The notes beneath the pieces are model-generated. The model did not search any database and was not told where the DNA came from. It was given only the letters and a program-made list of their open reading frames with translations. A program made the translations under genes and the position numbers. Shown here piece after piece: positions 48,587 to 51,309 of a stretch of DNA of 51,309 bases (positions are counted from its first letter, which is position 1; every line of letters starts with the position of its first letter). The stretch comes from Octopus bimaculoides (taxonomy: Eukaryota), in contig NC_069007.1 in the NCBI RefSeq assembly GCF_001194135.2, positions 22,276,792 to 22,328,100 of the forward strand, given 5' to 3'.

Positions 48587-49720
48587 NNNNNNNNNNNNNN
48601 NNNNNNNNNNNNNNNNNNNNNNNNNNNNNNNNNNNNNNNNNNNNNNNNNNNNNNNNNNNNNNNNNNNNNNNNNNNNNNNNNNNNNNNNNNNNNNNNNNNN
48701 NNNNNNNNNNNNNNNNNNNNNNNNNNNNNNNNNNNNNNNNNNNNNNNNNNNNNNNNNNNNNNNNNNNNNNNNNNNNNNNNNNNNNNNNNNNNNNNNNNNN
48801 NNNNNNNNNNNNNNNNNNNNNNNNNNNNNNNNNNNNNNNNNNNNNNNNNNNNNNNNNNNNNNNNNNNNNNNNNNNNNNNNNNNNNNNNNNNNNNNNNNNN
48901 NNNNNNNNNNNNNNNNNNNNNNNNNNNNNNNNNNNNNNNNNNNNNNNNNNNNNNNNNNNNNNNNNNNNNNNNNNNNNNNNNNNNNNNNNNNNNNNNNNNN
49001 NNNNNNNNNNNNNNNNNNNNNNNNNNNNNNNNNNNNNNNNNNNNNNNNNNNNNNNNNNNNNNNNNNNNNNNNNNNNNNNNTATATATATATATGTACATA
49101 TATATATATATATATATGTATGCATGTATACACCAAAAAGAACAAAAGCACAAAAGATGTTGAGATGTTCTCAGTCAATGTTACTAGTTGGCTGTTCAAG
49201 GAAGAATAGAAAAAGCAAAAGGTTATTTTGCTTCATACAAAGTTCTTCATCAGATTAAAGAGAGAAAAGTCCAGAAGAAACCTGAAAAGAGCAGGAATCA
49301 AGAAAAGAAAAAAACGGAAATGAGACAAGGAGGAAACTCAGGGAAAAAAAGTTCTTGTGGGTCTGGTTCAGCTGTTTGATCTGCTGATTCTTATATGAAC
49401 CAGAAGATCAGGACAGAGTGTATAATCATTCACACCTCCTCACTACTGAAGCTTACTAATAGTGAAATATAAAGAGAAGGAGTTCCAACAGCCATCGATT
49501 GGTATCACTATGGCAAAGGCAGAATTATAATGCATATGCACACGTGTGTAGCCTCTTAACGCCTAACATGAAACCACTGCCTCCTTCTCATATTCTCCAA
49601 CCCATGCCAGCATGGAAAACAGACATTAAAGGATGGTGAGAAACAAAATGGTTATATTCATATATATACAGCCACCTGTCTTCGTCTTTTGTTTTTTTTT
49701 TATGAATTCTCCCTATATAT

Positions 49721-49755
<35 letters not shown>

Positions 49756-49868
49756 GATATAATGTTATAATATTTTATGTATAAATATACATATGTATGT
49801 GTGTATGTATGTGCATGTATACACATATATATATAATATTTGATATATGTGTGTGTGTATTTTAGAAT

Positions 49869-50220
49869 CAGGCTTCGAAGGACTGGAAGAACGGTGGTAG
49901 CAGGAAATTGTATCAGACTGCCAGAAGGGAAGCTAGGAGACAGGTTTATTTAGTCAGAGAGGAAGCAGATAAGAAAAAATTTGCCAATGTTCTGCGCCGT
50001 GAGGACCAAAGACTTGAGGTATTTCATGTTGCAAGACAATGTGTGAGAGAGAATCGTGATGTTGTAGGAGAGAAATGTGTCCACATGGATGATGGTTCAC
50101 TTGCACTAAACGTGGACAACCTGTTGAGAGCCACCGACCAGATCTGTGGCTGGTGTAAAGTCCCCTCTCGACCCAGAGTAACGTGGTGGTGGAACAAGGA
50201 AGTAGACGGGGCTATTAGAC
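49869..50220 (+). mobile_element. RTE LINE fragment, duplicate of the start of the 50495 copy, with scrambled continuation
   Basis: YQTARREARRQVYLV... then VDNLLRATDQICGWCKVPSRPRVTWWWNKEV (WWN linker motif that normally lies upstream). Confidence 0.85.
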
Positions 50221-50494
50221 NNNNNNNNNNNNNNNNNNNNNNNNNNNNNNNNNNNNNNNNNNNNNNNNNNNNNNNNNNNNNNNNNNNNNNNNNNNNNNNN
50301 NNNNNNNNNNNNNNNNNNNNNNNNNNNNNNNNNNNNNNNNNNNNNNNNNNNNNNNNNNNNNNNNNNNNNNNNNNNNNNNNNNNNNNNNNNNNNNNNNNNN
50401 NNNNNNNNNNNNNNNNNNNNNNNNNNNNNNNNNNNNNNNNNNNNNNNNNNNNNNNNNNNNNNNNNNNNNNNNNNNNNNGTGTGTATTTTAGAAT

Positions 50495-51309
50495 CAGGCT
50501 TCGAAGGACTGGAAGAACGGTGGTAGCAGGAAATTGTATCAGACTGCCAGAAGGGAAGCTAGGAGACAGGTTTATTTAGTCAGAGAGGAAGCAGATAAGA
50601 AAAAATTTGCCAATGTTCTGCGCCGTGAGGACCAAAGACTCGAGGTATTTCATGTTGCAAGACAGTGTAGGAGAGAGAAATGTGTTCGCATGGATGATGG
50701 TACGCTTGCACTAAATGAGGCTGCAAAGAAAGAGGTCTGGAGATGCCACTACGATAGATTGCTTAATAAAGAGAATGAATGGGAGAAAGAGAGCCTGCTG
50801 TATGTCATCCCAACAGAGGGACCAGCTATCCGAGTTGACAATACCAGGGTAGATAAAGCAATAAAGAGTATGAAGACAGGGAAAGCCCCCGGCCCATCAG
50901 GAATCACTGCTGAGATGCTCAAAATTTCTGGCAGTGTTGGTTACAGCCTAGTCACCCGTATTACAAACCAGATGATACACAAAGGAGTCAAACCCAATGA
51001 CTGGTGTAGCAGCACCATAGTCAACTGCTACAAAGGTAAAGGTGATGCTTTAGATACAAATAATTACAGAGGCATCAAGCTGTTAGATCAGGTTATGAAA
51101 GTTACGGAGAGGGTCATAGCCCAACTAATTAGGGAGTGAATCAATTTAGATGAGATGCAGTTTGAGTTCATGCCAGGTAAAAGCACCACTGATGCCATAT
51201 TTCTAGTGAGACAGCTGCAGGAGAAATACCTAGCCAAGGATAAACCTCTGTACCTGGCCTTCGTTGACATGGAGAAAGCCTTTGACAGGGTCCCCCGATC
51301 CCTTATCTG
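50495..51309 (+). mobile_element. 5'-truncated RTE LINE, linker plus RT N-terminal domains; runs off the window
   Basis: KAPGPSGITAEML, NYRGIKLL, one TGA at 51137, then DEMQFEFMPGKSTTDAIF..AFVDMEKAFDRV (RT domains 0-3). Confidence 0.95.

Noticed and set aside
49188-49379. Lys-rich 63-aa ORF
   Set aside because: Purine-rich low-complexity sequence, weak acceptor, no recognisable motif.

Overview
Eukaryotic, AT-rich, repeat-saturated genomic DNA with about 15 assembly gaps (N runs), most flanked by (TA)n or (CA)n microsatellites. The repeat repertoire includes tRNA-derived SINEs with internal microsatellites, RTE, Tx1/L1, R4/Dong- and HERO-like RLE retrotransposons, Penelope, Tc1/mariner and piggyBac-like MITEs. 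It resembles a coleoid cephalopod (octopus) genome; this is inference from recall, not a database result. There is no complete protein-coding gene, rRNA, bona fide tRNA or CRISPR array. Nearly all ORFs in the supplied track are artefacts of microsatellites or N runs. The only ORFs with recognisable homology are transposon fragments. One well-formed 88-nt candidate internal exon (42556-42643) may belong to an unidentified host gene. Most notable observations: (1) a nested-hairpin element built from inverted (CCCTAA)/(TTAGGG) telomeric repeats at 27.1-27.3 kb; (2) several fold-back structures at 33.2-36.6 kb, including a minisatellite that reverses orientation mid-array; (3) a degenerate hammerhead-ribozyme core at 20.6 kb; (4) a frame-preserving 3 x 96-bp repeat at 24.6-24.9 kb; (5) a switch from CpG-retaining to CpG-decayed SINE copies across the window, suggesting a methylation-domain boundary; (6) several retrotransposon stubs that each sit in a specific microsatellite. 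I found no clearly novel multi-gene system.
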